Below are positions 29,821-38,678 of a DNA stretch of 64,000 bases, one piece after another. The notes below the pieces were generated by a model. That model was not told the DNA's origin, did no database searches, and worked only from the letters and a program-made list of their open reading frames with translations. The stretch covers positions 32,001 to 96,000 of the IMG/VR virus record IMGVR_UViG_3300023174_000071; one strand, 5' to 3'. Origin of the DNA: a virus. A program made the position numbers and the translations under genes. Numbering within the stretch: position 1 is the first letter of the stretch; each line of letters begins with the position of its first letter.

Positions 29821-29984
29821 CAAAAGAAGAAATTAACGATCTTGCCATTCTGATTAAAAATCTTAAGAATAGCAAGTGCATCAAAACATCATTGGAGCAA
29901 GATTTGATGGATAAATGCGAAAAGTTAATTTTGAAACTTGAGCAAACAGAGCAGGAAATAGCAAGGCTGCGTCGTTCGATCTGA
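29817..29984 (+). CDS. Small coiled-coil hypothetical protein (55 aa, not in ORF track)
   Basis: ATGA overlap with the clpA stop; MTKEEINDL...RLRRSI. Confidence 0.5.
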   Translation: MTKEEINDLAILIKNLKNSKCIKTSLEQDLMDKCEKLILKLEQTEQEIARLRRSI

Positions 29985-30005
29985 TTGGCGCAGTAAAATG
30001 AGTAA

Positions 30006-30278
30006 ATGAGAATTTACCCAGAAGAGCAGAAGAGTTTTTGTAAACTTTATCTTCCAAAGGATAAGGTTGCGGGACTTTTCTGCTTTCATCTTTATTTAAA
30101 AGAATTTGCTGAAACTGACTTTTCGTTTCATCTTTTTCCAAGAAAAAATTTTAGATTTTTTGGTTACCAAAAAAGTTGGTACGACGGACCAATTTATGAA
30201 TTCGGCCTTGGGCCGCTTTTTCTTTTTGTGATTATTTCAGGCAAAGGCTTTAAGATTTTTGGAAAGAGTTTCTTATGA
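30006..30278 (+). CDS. Hypothetical protein
   Basis: WYDGPIYEFGLGPLF; overlaps the next gene. Confidence 0.6.
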   Translation: MRIYPEEQKSFCKLYLPKDKVAGLFCFHLYLKEFAETDFSFHLFPRKNFRFFGYQKSWYDGPIYEFGLGPLFLFVIISGKGFKIFGKSFL

Positions 30279-30499
30279 AACTGTTTCAAATTTTTCTTAT
30301 TCTCTTTGCATTTATTTCTTGTGAAAGCGAGCCTTATGTTTCACAAGATTGCGCTTCTCGATGCAGACCTCATCCTTATGTTTTAAGAAGCATAATATTC
30401 AAAAGTGGTAGACAGTTGGAAGTCTGTCTTTGCAGAGATGCTTCTGGTAAGTTAGACTTCCCAAGTGAGTTCGTCTCTGGTAAGCAAATACCAAAATAG
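30275..30499 (+). CDS. Small Cys-rich lipoprotein
   Basis: FISC lipobox; CxxxC...CxC. Confidence 0.6.
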   Translation: MKLFQIFLILFAFISCESEPYVSQDCASRCRPHPYVLRSIIFKSGRQLEVCLCRDASGKLDFPSEFVSGKQIPK

Positions 30500-30510
30500 A
30501 ATGAGAAAAT

Positions 30511-31101
30511 ATGCAATTTAAATCAGAAGATATTTTTATATCAGAACTAGATAGGCTTTGGGGCAAAACAGAGCCTTGGATTGTTATCCATCAAAAGTCT
30601 AGAAATGAAAATATTGTATTATCCCCAATGCAAGTTGATTTCTTAAATCAAACGCTTCAGAAGATTATTGCCTCATCTGATGAAGCAGCAAATGAGGAGG
30701 TAACTTGTCTTTTAAGCTCTACAAATTGGCCTCCATTAGATAGGCCTAGCGATAAATATAGAGATACAGAGGCTTTATCTTTTTTGATTGCTTCGGAGTT
30801 TGTCATACCCAACCATGTAAGTAACGAAGGAGTTGTTGGGTTATACATTCAATGTTCAGGGGTTTTTCGTCACGGTCCTGATTTTGAACCTATGCCTGCT
30901 ATTAGTTTTTCGGACGAAGGCGACGATCCATTTTGGGAGTTTTATCACCTCTGTCAAAAGTATAATTTTGATGGTTTAGTAAAGTGGTGTTCTTTAAAAA
31001 GAAATAAACTGCCATTAGATTATTACAAACACATGTTGAAGAAAAACGCTTGGTGTGATAGGCTTCAGAAAATAGAAGATTTAGAAAACCAAAAGGATTG
31101 A
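30511..31101 (+). CDS. Hypothetical protein
   Basis: 196-aa ORF. Confidence 0.7.
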   Translation: MQFKSEDIFISELDRLWGKTEPWIVIHQKSRNENIVLSPMQVDFLNQTLQKIIASSDEAANEEVTCLLSSTNWPPLDRPSDKYRDTEALSFLIASEFVIPNHVSNEGVVGLYIQCSGVFRHGPDFEPMPAISFSDEGDDPFWEFYHLCQKYNFDGLVKWCSLKRNKLPLDYYKHMLKKNAWCDRLQKIEDLENQKD

Positions 31102-31104
31102 ACA

Positions 31105-31407
31105 ATGAGCACTAAATGTACAATTGGATATGGTAAAAAATATCATCTCTTTGAAGAGATTTTTGATTCAGAGAAGGTTTGGATTCAGCTTGACTCTAAT
31201 TCTTTTAATGCTCAACTTACAAGTTATCATAACGAACCTAGTTTGGTGGTAGGTATCGATATCGCTACTTGGAGAGATATTGTAAATGCTTGGAATAATT
31301 CTTCTTGGGCAAAAGATTTAACGAGAGATTATTCTAAGTCAGATGTTGAAGAGTTTTTTAGCATTTTTGATAAAATTAAAAAAGACAAACCATCTGGAGA
31401 AGAATAA
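31105..31407 (+). CDS. Hypothetical protein
   Basis: 100-aa ORF in run. Confidence 0.65.
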   Translation: MSTKCTIGYGKKYHLFEEIFDSEKVWIQLDSNSFNAQLTSYHNEPSLVVGIDIATWRDIVNAWNNSSWAKDLTRDYSKSDVEEFFSIFDKIKKDKPSGEE

Positions 31408-31662
31408 ATGTCAAGCCCATTTTGGTTATCTTGGACTGTTGCCTTTTTGTTTTACTTTATGATTTCACTGTCGGCAGCGATTGCTTCAGTTCTGATTAAT
31501 CAAAAAAGAAATACAGAAGCAACAATACTTCTTCTCTTTATTGTTGCAGATATTATTATTGCATTTTATCGATCTCCAGATTTGTGGATCCCGCTTCTTT
31601 GTGGGTATGGCTTCATTTACCTCCTAAGCGTTATCCTTCCAGCAGGTAAAAATGATGAGTGA
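31408..31662 (+). CDS. Small membrane protein
   Basis: Three hydrophobic segments; GGAG RBS. Confidence 0.65.
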   Translation: MSSPFWLSWTVAFLFYFMISLSAAIASVLINQKRNTEATILLLFIVADIIIAFYRSPDLWIPLLCGYGFIYLLSVILPAGKNDE

Positions 31663-31861
31663 AAAAATTCCAGGATTAATTTCGATTACCGAAACCCCTA
31701 GCGGCTTCATTTTTGAGATTGATGACGATAAGATTTCCGAATTCTATTCCGCATTTGGATTGGAGGTCGGGGATTCCGCTGGGTTTCAAGAGGTTTTAAA
31801 CCAAGCGATTGAAAACTTCCTAAAAAGCTATGAGGAGAATAAAAATGAACGAGAAGAATGA
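31652..31861 (+). CDS. Hypothetical protein
   Basis: Overlapping run. Confidence 0.6.
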   Translation: MMSEKIPGLISITETPSGFIFEIDDDKISEFYSAFGLEVGDSAGFQEVLNQAIENFLKSYEENKNEREE

Positions 31862-32249
31862 TAAATATCTTTGTGAAAAATATCCTTTAATTTTTAAAGA
31901 TAGAACGCTTGCCGATGATCGTCAGACGTTGATGTGCTACGGATTTTGTCATGGCGATGGTTGGTTAAATATTCTTGATACGCTTTGTGATGGAATCCAG
32001 AAATATTGCGATCAGAAGAAGGCAGAAGGTTATCATAATTTCCAAGTTGTGGCGGTTCAAGTTAAGGAAAAGATGGGAGGCCTCCGATTTTACATAAACG
32101 GTGGAGATAATTATATCTATAAATTAATCTCCGAGGCCGAAGGTAAATCTATGGAAACTTGCGAAGGTTGTGGGGCTCCGGGTAAGCTAGATACTTCTGG
32201 TTGGTGGACCACGATTTGTGAGGCTTGTTCTAGCAAAAAATCCAGTTGA
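31845..32249 (+). CDS. Conserved phage protein with zinc ribbon
   Basis: GDGW, QVKEKMGGLRFY, CEGCGAPG...CEAC. Confidence 0.75.
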   Translation: MNEKNDKYLCEKYPLIFKDRTLADDRQTLMCYGFCHGDGWLNILDTLCDGIQKYCDQKKAEGYHNFQVVAVQVKEKMGGLRFYINGGDNYIYKLISEAEGKSMETCEGCGAPGKLDTSGWWTTICEACSSKKSS

Positions 32250-32373
32250 TTTTATATATTTTAATCGATTTGTTGAAAGTTGAAAATTAGTTGTTGCCGA
32301 TGAAGATGAAGTTGGTTAAATAGATGGGGCGCAAGAAAATGCGCTATAACAAAAAACAAAAGGAGATTCCAAA

Positions 32374-32649
32374 ATGCGTACTGTAATTGCTGCCGCTGCA
32401 CTTCTCACCCTCGCCGCTTGTCACTCAGCCGAACCTGCTCCAGAGGTTCCAGCGGCTCCAGCCGAAACTGATGCGGCTCCGGCTCCTGCCGCTCCCGCTG
32501 CCGAAGCTGCTCCGGAAGCTGCTGCGGCTCCAACCGGTCTCACCGAAGGCACCCTTGGCGCCGGTACGGTTCAAGTAACCGTTGTCGGTGGCGGTACTGC
32601 CGGTACGGCAACCACGACCACGACTGATTCAACCTCATCCGGTCACTGA
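32374..32649 (+). CDS. Small Ala/Pro-rich lipoprotein
   Basis: Lipobox LAAC; AAGGAG RBS; own promoter-like site and terminator. Confidence 0.8.
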   Translation: MRTVIAAAALLTLAACHSAEPAPEVPAAPAETDAAPAPAAPAAEAAPEAAAAPTGLTEGTLGAGTVQVTVVGGGTAGTATTTTTDSTSSGH

Positions 32650-32670
32650 AAACTTTTTAAGTTTTAAAGC

Positions 32671-32707
32671 AGCGCTCAAGGTTAACGCCTTGGGCGTTTC
32701 TTTTTTG
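32671..32707 (+). terminator. Intrinsic terminator
   Basis: GCGCTCAAGG/CCTTGGGCGT stem followed by a T-tract. Confidence 0.7.
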
Positions 32708-32764
32708 TTGCACAGAGTCGAAGAACGAAGTAAATAGTGTGTGCCATTCAACATGGAGTTGGCA

Positions 32765-33670
32765 ATGAATTCGGAATGTAATGTCGGCTACGCTTGTATT
32801 AACACTCAACTCTCCGATAAGGGAATTACAACAAACCGGGGAATGATTAAGCGTACATTCCAAGAACGAGGTGTACGTTATGCCTCAGAACTTGCGCTGC
32901 AAAATGTTACAGACCTAATTGAAATTCTTCTTTGGAACTCAAAGAATGGATATAAGTTCTTTCGTCTGTCGTCCGATATCTTTCCGTGGAACTCGGAATA
33001 TCAATTCGAAGAGCTTCCCGATTTTTCAAAGATTTCCGAAGTCCTCCAAACCTGCGGCAAAATTGCGCTGAGGACAGGTCAGCGTCTAACTACTCACCCC
33101 GGACCCTTCAATAAGCTCTGCTCTCCGGATGAGAGTGTTGTTCGAAATACGGTTAAAGATCTTGAGGCTCATTCTAAACTTTTTGATCTTATGGGTTTTA
33201 TCCCAAGTCCATTTAACAAAATCAATATCCATGTTGGCGCCACCTATGGAGATAAGGAGAAAGCTGCGGCTACGTTCTGTCAGAATTTTGAATCCCTATC
33301 TGATGGCTGCAAGGCACGACTGACGGTAGAAAATGACGACAAGGCTTCTATGTTTTCTACGCTTGATATTTACAATATGGTTTACAAAAATATTGGAACA
33401 CCAATTGTCCACGACATTCATCATCATGGATTCTGTACAGGCGGAATCGAGCAACAAGAAGCTTTGGCTATTGCAGCATCCACATGGGGTAGTGTGCGAC
33501 CGGTAATTCATTATTCCGAATCTCGTAGCCGTGATGAGGAAGGCGTTAAGCCTCAGGCTCATTCTGATTATATTATTAATGTTCCAAATGTTTATGGAAA
33601 TGTTGTCGATATCATGGTCGAAGCCAAGATGAAGGAAAAAGCGTCGGCATTTCTTCTGGAAAAACTATAG
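32765..33670 (+). CDS. uvsE: UV DNA damage endonuclease
   Basis: VGYACIN, FFRLSSDIFP, THPG, NIHVG, VENDD, DIHHH, AHSD, EAKMKE. Confidence 0.92.
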   Translation: MNSECNVGYACINTQLSDKGITTNRGMIKRTFQERGVRYASELALQNVTDLIEILLWNSKNGYKFFRLSSDIFPWNSEYQFEELPDFSKISEVLQTCGKIALRTGQRLTTHPGPFNKLCSPDESVVRNTVKDLEAHSKLFDLMGFIPSPFNKINIHVGATYGDKEKAAATFCQNFESLSDGCKARLTVENDDKASMFSTLDIYNMVYKNIGTPIVHDIHHHGFCTGGIEQQEALAIAASTWGSVRPVIHYSESRSRDEEGVKPQAHSDYIINVPNVYGNVVDIMVEAKMKEKASAFLLEKL

Positions 33671-33673
33671 AAG

Positions 33674-34243
33674 ATGAAGCGAGAAGTAATCCGAGAGAAT
33701 ATTGAAAAATGGCTAAATCAATATCTTCCGGATTTTGAAAATAAAATTGTCGCAGTTCAAATGTCAAAAAATAATGTCAAAATTTACTTTGAAGCGGTAC
33801 CTGTTATCGAAGTGGACACTCAATGTAGGTATTGGGAATTTTCAATGCCGACCCTGTCTCAAAATGATTATTATGTCTTTGAGGGGCGGGGTTGGTTGCT
33901 CAGAATGGTTCAAGATATCGTTCAGCAATTGAATTCTCAAACCATTAATGGTGTTAGCTATCTTGAATATGTTTTGCAAATTAAGAAATTTATGAAAGAA
34001 TTAAATCTTATTCGCAATAAAGCAAAATTTGCGGGAAATACGTTTAGGCTACTCGGAAAAGATGGCAAACATTACAATGTTTATTTTGCGATAGCTAGAG
34101 TGTTTGTTTCCGATTGCTCTTTTATTTTTTCTTTCTTTGATGGGTTTGAAAGTTCAGAATTGGTTGATGAAATAAAGCAGCTTTTGGTTTTCAATATTAA
34201 CATCATCCCGGCTATATCTTTTTCTTATTTGTTGGTTGATTAG
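33674..34243 (+). CDS. Hypothetical protein, C-terminal-helix family
   Basis: Near the end LVDEIKQLLVFNINII. Confidence 0.65.
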   Translation: MKREVIRENIEKWLNQYLPDFENKIVAVQMSKNNVKIYFEAVPVIEVDTQCRYWEFSMPTLSQNDYYVFEGRGWLLRMVQDIVQQLNSQTINGVSYLEYVLQIKKFMKELNLIRNKAKFAGNTFRLLGKDGKHYNVYFAIARVFVSDCSFIFSFFDGFESSELVDEIKQLLVFNINIIPAISFSYLLVD

Positions 34244-34248
34244 GCTGC

Positions 34249-34277
34249 TTGACACAACCGATGGGTATGATTAGAAT
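34249..34277 (+). promoter_or_regulatory. Strong sigma70-type promoter
   Basis: TTGACA-N17-TAGAAT. Confidence 0.75.
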
Positions 34278-34350
34278 GAATGTGTGAGCGGTAAGAACAA
34301 GCCGCAAGATAAAACTCCGAAAGGGGTTTGAGGAGATGAAATGACCGAAG

Positions 34351-34704
34351 GTGTATTACAAGGCTAGGCAACTAGCTTTAAATAATGAGATGCCGTTTCA
34401 TGTTGTAGCGATCCTATATCGTGGAAAAACCATTGTACAGATGGGCTCGAACACTTCAAAGACTCATCCCTTTTTTAAAAGGAGTTATAAATCTGGTGAA
34501 TGTTCTTACCATATGCACGCAGAGCAAAATGTTCTGAGGTTTTCTAAGCCGGGAGATAAGCTTCAGGTTTTGAGGTTTAGCGCAAAGGGTGAGTTGACAA
34601 TGGCGAAACCCTGCCCGGTTTGTCAAAAGTTTATCAAGCAGTATGGAATTCGTGATGTTGAGTATTCCGATTGGGAAGGCAACATGTGTCAAATGAAAGA
34701 CTAA
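34351..34704 (+). CDS. Zinc-dependent cytidine/dCMP-deaminase-superfamily protein
   Basis: HAE...PCPVC zinc motif. Confidence 0.8.
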   Translation: MYYKARQLALNNEMPFHVVAILYRGKTIVQMGSNTSKTHPFFKRSYKSGECSYHMHAEQNVLRFSKPGDKLQVLRFSAKGELTMAKPCPVCQKFIKQYGIRDVEYSDWEGNMCQMKD

Positions 34705-34730
34705 ACTATATAATTAGTTGGAGATGAAAA

Positions 34731-35018
34731 TTGTCTGAAGAAGTTAAGTACGTCGTTCTCCCCAAGGGAATTATGGATGAAGTTGGAGCCTATAACGCTA
34801 ATACTGAGTTTCAGTACGGATTCAGCATTATTTATCGAAGCCTAGACTTCGAAAATCTTCATTCAAAATATGGCGTCTACTCAGATGAAGTTCTAGTTCA
34901 AGTTGCGGATCCTAAGCGATTTGATCGATTCATGTATAACAATCGTCAAGCTATTCGCCGTCATGAAACGCAACGTGACGTTCCGCCTCAAAATACGTAT
35001 TCGTCAAATAATTGGTGA
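34731..35018 (+). CDS. Hypothetical protein
   Basis: GGAG RBS before TTG. Confidence 0.6.
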   Translation: MSEEVKYVVLPKGIMDEVGAYNANTEFQYGFSIIYRSLDFENLHSKYGVYSDEVLVQVADPKRFDRFMYNNRQAIRRHETQRDVPPQNTYSSNNW

Positions 35019-35075
35019 GCTTTAAGCTTGAATAAATTATTATTACTAATAATCTAATTTATTATAGCACATAAC

Positions 35076-35399
35076 GTGCTGACGATAGGAAGGTGGGGAA
35101 TGCACCTAGACATTAAAGCTTCCGAACCAGCCGAAAAAGACTTAGTCTATAAGACAAAATTTATGGCAGATACCTTGTCAGCAAATGGCAAGGTAACAAC
35201 CTGCACGGCAACAAAGAAACCCTTGTACAAAATTCTTGCTGATGGTCAAAATGTTGCTTTGAATAGTCACGGAAACTGTGCAGAATGCGGTCATGCATTT
35301 GCTGAAGAATATTTAAAGTTCCCAGAAGGAACAGATAAATCTTCTTGGATTGTTGTTCACATTGGACGTAACTGCAAAGATTGTTGGAATAAAGATTGA
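35076..35399 (+). CDS. Hypothetical protein with CxxC pairs
   Basis: CAEC...CKDC; TACTAAT motif at 35044. Confidence 0.6.
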   Translation: MLTIGRWGMHLDIKASEPAEKDLVYKTKFMADTLSANGKVTTCTATKKPLYKILADGQNVALNSHGNCAECGHAFAEEYLKFPEGTDKSSWIVVHIGRNCKDCWNKD

Positions 35400-35496
35400 T
35401 TATTGTTTTTCTGTTGATTATTCCGTTGGTTTATTTTAGGTTCTTGGCGAATTCATTAAGTTCAATTCGTCAAGAGCTTTCCAATTTGGAGAAATA

Positions 35497-35787
35497 ATGT
35501 TGAAACTTTGGGTGGATGATGTTCGACCCGCTCCTGAAGGTTGGATTTGGGCTAAAGATTATTCTGAAGCAATGATCTATATCCGAACAGGAAATGTATC
35601 TCAAATTTCTCTAGATCATGATTTGGGAGAATCAAGCGAAAAGACAGGCTATGATATAGCTTGTCAGATTGAAGCTTTATCTCATTCTGGACAAATTCCG
35701 CCTATGGCTTGGTCGGTTCACTCTGCGAATCCGATTGGCAAGAAAAGAATCATTTCAGCGCTAACATCAGCAGAAAAATTTTGGTAA
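35497..35787 (+). CDS. Cyclic-phosphate-processing receiver-domain protein
   Basis: LWVDDVRPAP, ISLDHDLG, TGYD, VHSANP. Confidence 0.85.
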   Translation: MLKLWVDDVRPAPEGWIWAKDYSEAMIYIRTGNVSQISLDHDLGESSEKTGYDIACQIEALSHSGQIPPMAWSVHSANPIGKKRIISALTSAEKFW

Positions 35788-35788
35788 G

Positions 35789-36022
35789 ATGAATTTAGCC
35801 GGAGAAGTGATGACCAAAGAAGAAGCTGAAGAACATTATCAATATTCGCTAGAAACTCTAAGGAATATTGAAAAGATTGTTGTTGATCAAAAGGAAACCT
35901 TTCCTGTTCATTTGGAAAGGATTAATGGCTTGAGATTTATTGCATCGCAACTTCAAAAGCTGCGAGATCTACAGATGGCAAATTTAGAAGTGCCAACTAA
36001 CGAAACTCCAAGCGAAGAATAA
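35789..36022 (+). CDS. Hypothetical protein
   Basis: ORF in run. Confidence 0.6.
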   Translation: MNLAGEVMTKEEAEEHYQYSLETLRNIEKIVVDQKETFPVHLERINGLRFIASQLQKLRDLQMANLEVPTNETPSEE

Positions 36023-36045
36023 ATTAACAGCAGGATTAAATCCAT

Positions 36046-36399
36046 ATGTTCTCCAAAGAGCTTTATTCGAACTCTTGTTTCAAGATTCGTTCTAATGATG
36101 TTTTGATTGCGGTTTCTGAGCTTAAATCAAAATGGGAAAAAGTTATTTCCGATTGTGAAGCTTCTTTTGATGAAGGTCGAGATGTTTCGGACTATCGAAA
36201 GCTATTCTGCAAAACGCATATGGATTTAATTCAAAATCTATCATCAATAGATTCGAAGGAAAAGCTTTCTGATTTTTCTGAGAAGTTAAATCAAAAGCTT
36301 TCGGATTCTTCTTTGGAAAAGACAGAATTAGCAAAGTATGACGCTTATTGCTATGCGAGTCTTGAGGTAGCTTCTCTTCTGGAATCAAGAGATGGATAG
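36046..36399 (+). CDS. Hypothetical protein
   Basis: ORF in run. Confidence 0.65.
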   Translation: MFSKELYSNSCFKIRSNDVLIAVSELKSKWEKVISDCEASFDEGRDVSDYRKLFCKTHMDLIQNLSSIDSKEKLSDFSEKLNQKLSDSSLEKTELAKYDAYCYASLEVASLLESRDG

Positions 36400-36736
36400 G
36401 GAAGAATTAGAAACAAAAGTTTTATCATTTGCCGATGCTTTTAATAAGAAAAGAGAGCATCAGCAGAATTTGGAATCTATGGAAAAGATTCTAAATCAAG
36501 AGCAAGATGAAGCTTCAAAAAATCCGTCTGAAGATATTTTGGATGAAAAAGTTCAAGCAGAGTTTAAACGAAGAACTTTGCAGATGCAGATTTTTAGAGA
36601 AATATCCAATCAGATGCTCTATATGGAAGCGGAAATTTCTGCGCTTAGAGCCCGTCAATATTTACATATGTCATTTTTAATCGGGATGTTTGTTGTTATT
36701 TTATTTTTAGTTGGATATATAGCAGCAGTAAGCTAA
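36392..36736 (+). CDS. Coiled-coil protein with C-terminal TM anchor
   Basis: Hydrophobic tail FLIGMFVVILFLVGYIAAV. Confidence 0.65.
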   Translation: MDREELETKVLSFADAFNKKREHQQNLESMEKILNQEQDEASKNPSEDILDEKVQAEFKRRTLQMQIFREISNQMLYMEAEISALRARQYLHMSFLIGMFVVILFLVGYIAAVS

Positions 36737-36739
36737 AGG

Positions 36740-36973
36740 ATGTTAATGAAGACTCTGGCTATAGATATTTTTCTTATCATTGCTTTTGTTTTTGCTATGC
36801 TGTTTCTTGTTCGGCATCAGAAGATTGAACAACAAATATCTTGCCAGCACAAATGCGGTGTTAATCCTTTTTATATGAAAATGGTACAAAATAAATATCT
36901 TTTGTGCGTGTGTGAAAATAAAACACCAGGAAATTACAAAATTTTTTATTCAAATGAGAATGAGGAGAAGTAA
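36740..36973 (+). CDS. Small membrane-anchored Cys-rich protein
   Basis: N-terminal TM; CxxxC...CxC. Confidence 0.6.
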   Translation: MLMKTLAIDIFLIIAFVFAMLFLVRHQKIEQQISCQHKCGVNPFYMKMVQNKYLLCVCENKTPGNYKIFYSNENEEK

Positions 36974-37653
36974 TGCTTAACCGAGTTAAAAATAAAATCA
37001 CATCTTTTCTTGAGCAGGATCGCTTAAAGGAACAGCTTGCTGAATTAAGCAAGGAATGTCTAGATTTGCAATCTACAATGTTTAGGTCTCAAACAGCCAT
37101 CAACATGGCTTACACTAAGGGTATTAAACTGCTCACCCCAATTGATATTGGAAATGGTAGGCTTTTATCTTCAATTGGAGATTTGAAGTTTACAGAGCAG
37201 ATTACAGAATTATCCCGTCTGCTAAGCTTCGTTTTAGAACAAAAGTTAAAGGCGCTTTCGGAGCAGGTTCAGGAAAACGCAAATGCGGCGGAAGATTTAA
37301 AGCTACTTGAGTCTCAACTATCACAAGCGTATCTAAGAATTTCGGTTCTAGAAGAATCTGTAAAAAATACAGAAGCTCAATATCAGGCTCAAGCGAATCG
37401 AAGCCTGCAGTTAGAAGATATGATTAAGCGTCAAAATGAAACGGTAAAGAAAGCTCATGCGGAATGGCAGGCTCAGTATTCAGCAGTTTCATCAAAGCTT
37501 CATGATTGCGAAGAAAAATTAATTACAGAAGTTGCATCTTGGTTAAAGACCGGCCCGAAGAGTTCTGTTTATGGATATGAATCTATTTACGAACGAGAGA
37601 TGAGTTTAAAGGAAGCCGCTACCGCTTTAGAGAGGGGCAAATGGCGGAAATAA
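36973..37653 (+). CDS. Coiled-coil hypothetical protein
   Basis: Heptad-rich; ends EVASWL...AATALERGKW. Confidence 0.7.
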   Translation: MLNRVKNKITSFLEQDRLKEQLAELSKECLDLQSTMFRSQTAINMAYTKGIKLLTPIDIGNGRLLSSIGDLKFTEQITELSRLLSFVLEQKLKALSEQVQENANAAEDLKLLESQLSQAYLRISVLEESVKNTEAQYQAQANRSLQLEDMIKRQNETVKKAHAEWQAQYSAVSSKLHDCEEKLITEVASWLKTGPKSSVYGYESIYEREMSLKEAATALERGKWRK

Positions 37654-37781
37654 TTTCAAGGATTGTGCGAGTGCCAACGGTCAGCGAATTGATCGCATCT
37701 TGGATTCGAAAGAATTACAATTCAGAGCAAGCCCTTGAGATTGCCGATAAAATTGAAAAAGGCGAATGGCACAATAATTAG
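37641..37781 (+). CDS. Small hypothetical protein (46 aa, not in ORF track)
   Basis: GAGG RBS; ELIASWI...IADKIEKGEW. Confidence 0.55.
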   Translation: MAEIISRIVRVPTVSELIASWIRKNYNSEQALEIADKIEKGEWHNN

Positions 37782-37789
37782 AGGTTATT

Positions 37790-38671
37790 TTGAGCAAGAA
37801 ACCTGTTGTCTTATTTCGACGCTCCCTTTCTGAGGAAGGGGAGTTCGAAGCTTGTTCTAGATATTTTGAAACTAAAACAAGCAGAATGGATATCCCAAAA
37901 GATACTACGGTCATTGGTCGTTATTCTGTTTTGCCATACTATAATGAGTTGCAAGAAGATTTATCTAAAGTAAATTCTAAGCTTATCAACTCTTATGGCC
38001 AGCATAAATGGATTGCTGATATTTGGGAATGGGCATCTCCGGGCACCCTACTGGAAGCCTATACGCCCAAAACTTGGAATAATTGGGCTAATCTTCCTGT
38101 CGGCAAATCTTTCGTTCTCAAGGGCAGAACGAATAGCCGAAAGCATATGTGGAAAACTCATATGTTTGCTAAAACAAATAAAGATGTTTCCGATGTCGCT
38201 ATTCGTCTGCTTGAAGATCCTCTAATTTCAGAGCAGGGCGTTATTATTCGAGAATATGTGCCGCTAAAAGAGTTGGCTATTTCAATCTCAGGAATGCCTG
38301 TAACTAATGAATGGAGAACTTTCTGGATTGTAATTAACTCCAAGGCAATTTGTGTTGCTGAAGGTTTTTACTGGGAGAAAAGTTTTCCAGATGTCAAAGG
38401 TTGCTTTGAGAGCAAAGGAAAACAATTAGCGGAAGAGGTTGCTCAAAAGATTGCTGAATCTGGAATGGCAAACTTTTTCGTTCTTGATGTTGCTCAAAAA
38501 ATGGCGAGTGATGATTGGATTTTAATTGAAGTTAATGATGGTCAGATGAGCGGCATTTGCGGATGCGATGAAAATACGCTATATGAAAACTTAGTTTCGG
38601 CAATCGGGTTGCATGCTCCAGATTGTGGGTGGCATCAAGATTGGCACGCATGTTCTTGTGGAACATTTTGA
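37790..38671 (+). CDS. ATP-grasp domain protein (R2K clade-like)
   Basis: IGRYSVLP, FVLKG, IIREYVPL, NEWRTF, FVLDVA, WILIEVNDGQMSG. Confidence 0.8.
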   Translation: MSKKPVVLFRRSLSEEGEFEACSRYFETKTSRMDIPKDTTVIGRYSVLPYYNELQEDLSKVNSKLINSYGQHKWIADIWEWASPGTLLEAYTPKTWNNWANLPVGKSFVLKGRTNSRKHMWKTHMFAKTNKDVSDVAIRLLEDPLISEQGVIIREYVPLKELAISISGMPVTNEWRTFWIVINSKAICVAEGFYWEKSFPDVKGCFESKGKQLAEEVAQKIAESGMANFFVLDVAQKMASDDWILIEVNDGQMSGICGCDENTLYENLVSAIGLHAPDCGWHQDWHACSCGTF

Positions 38672-38678
38672 GGAAAGA

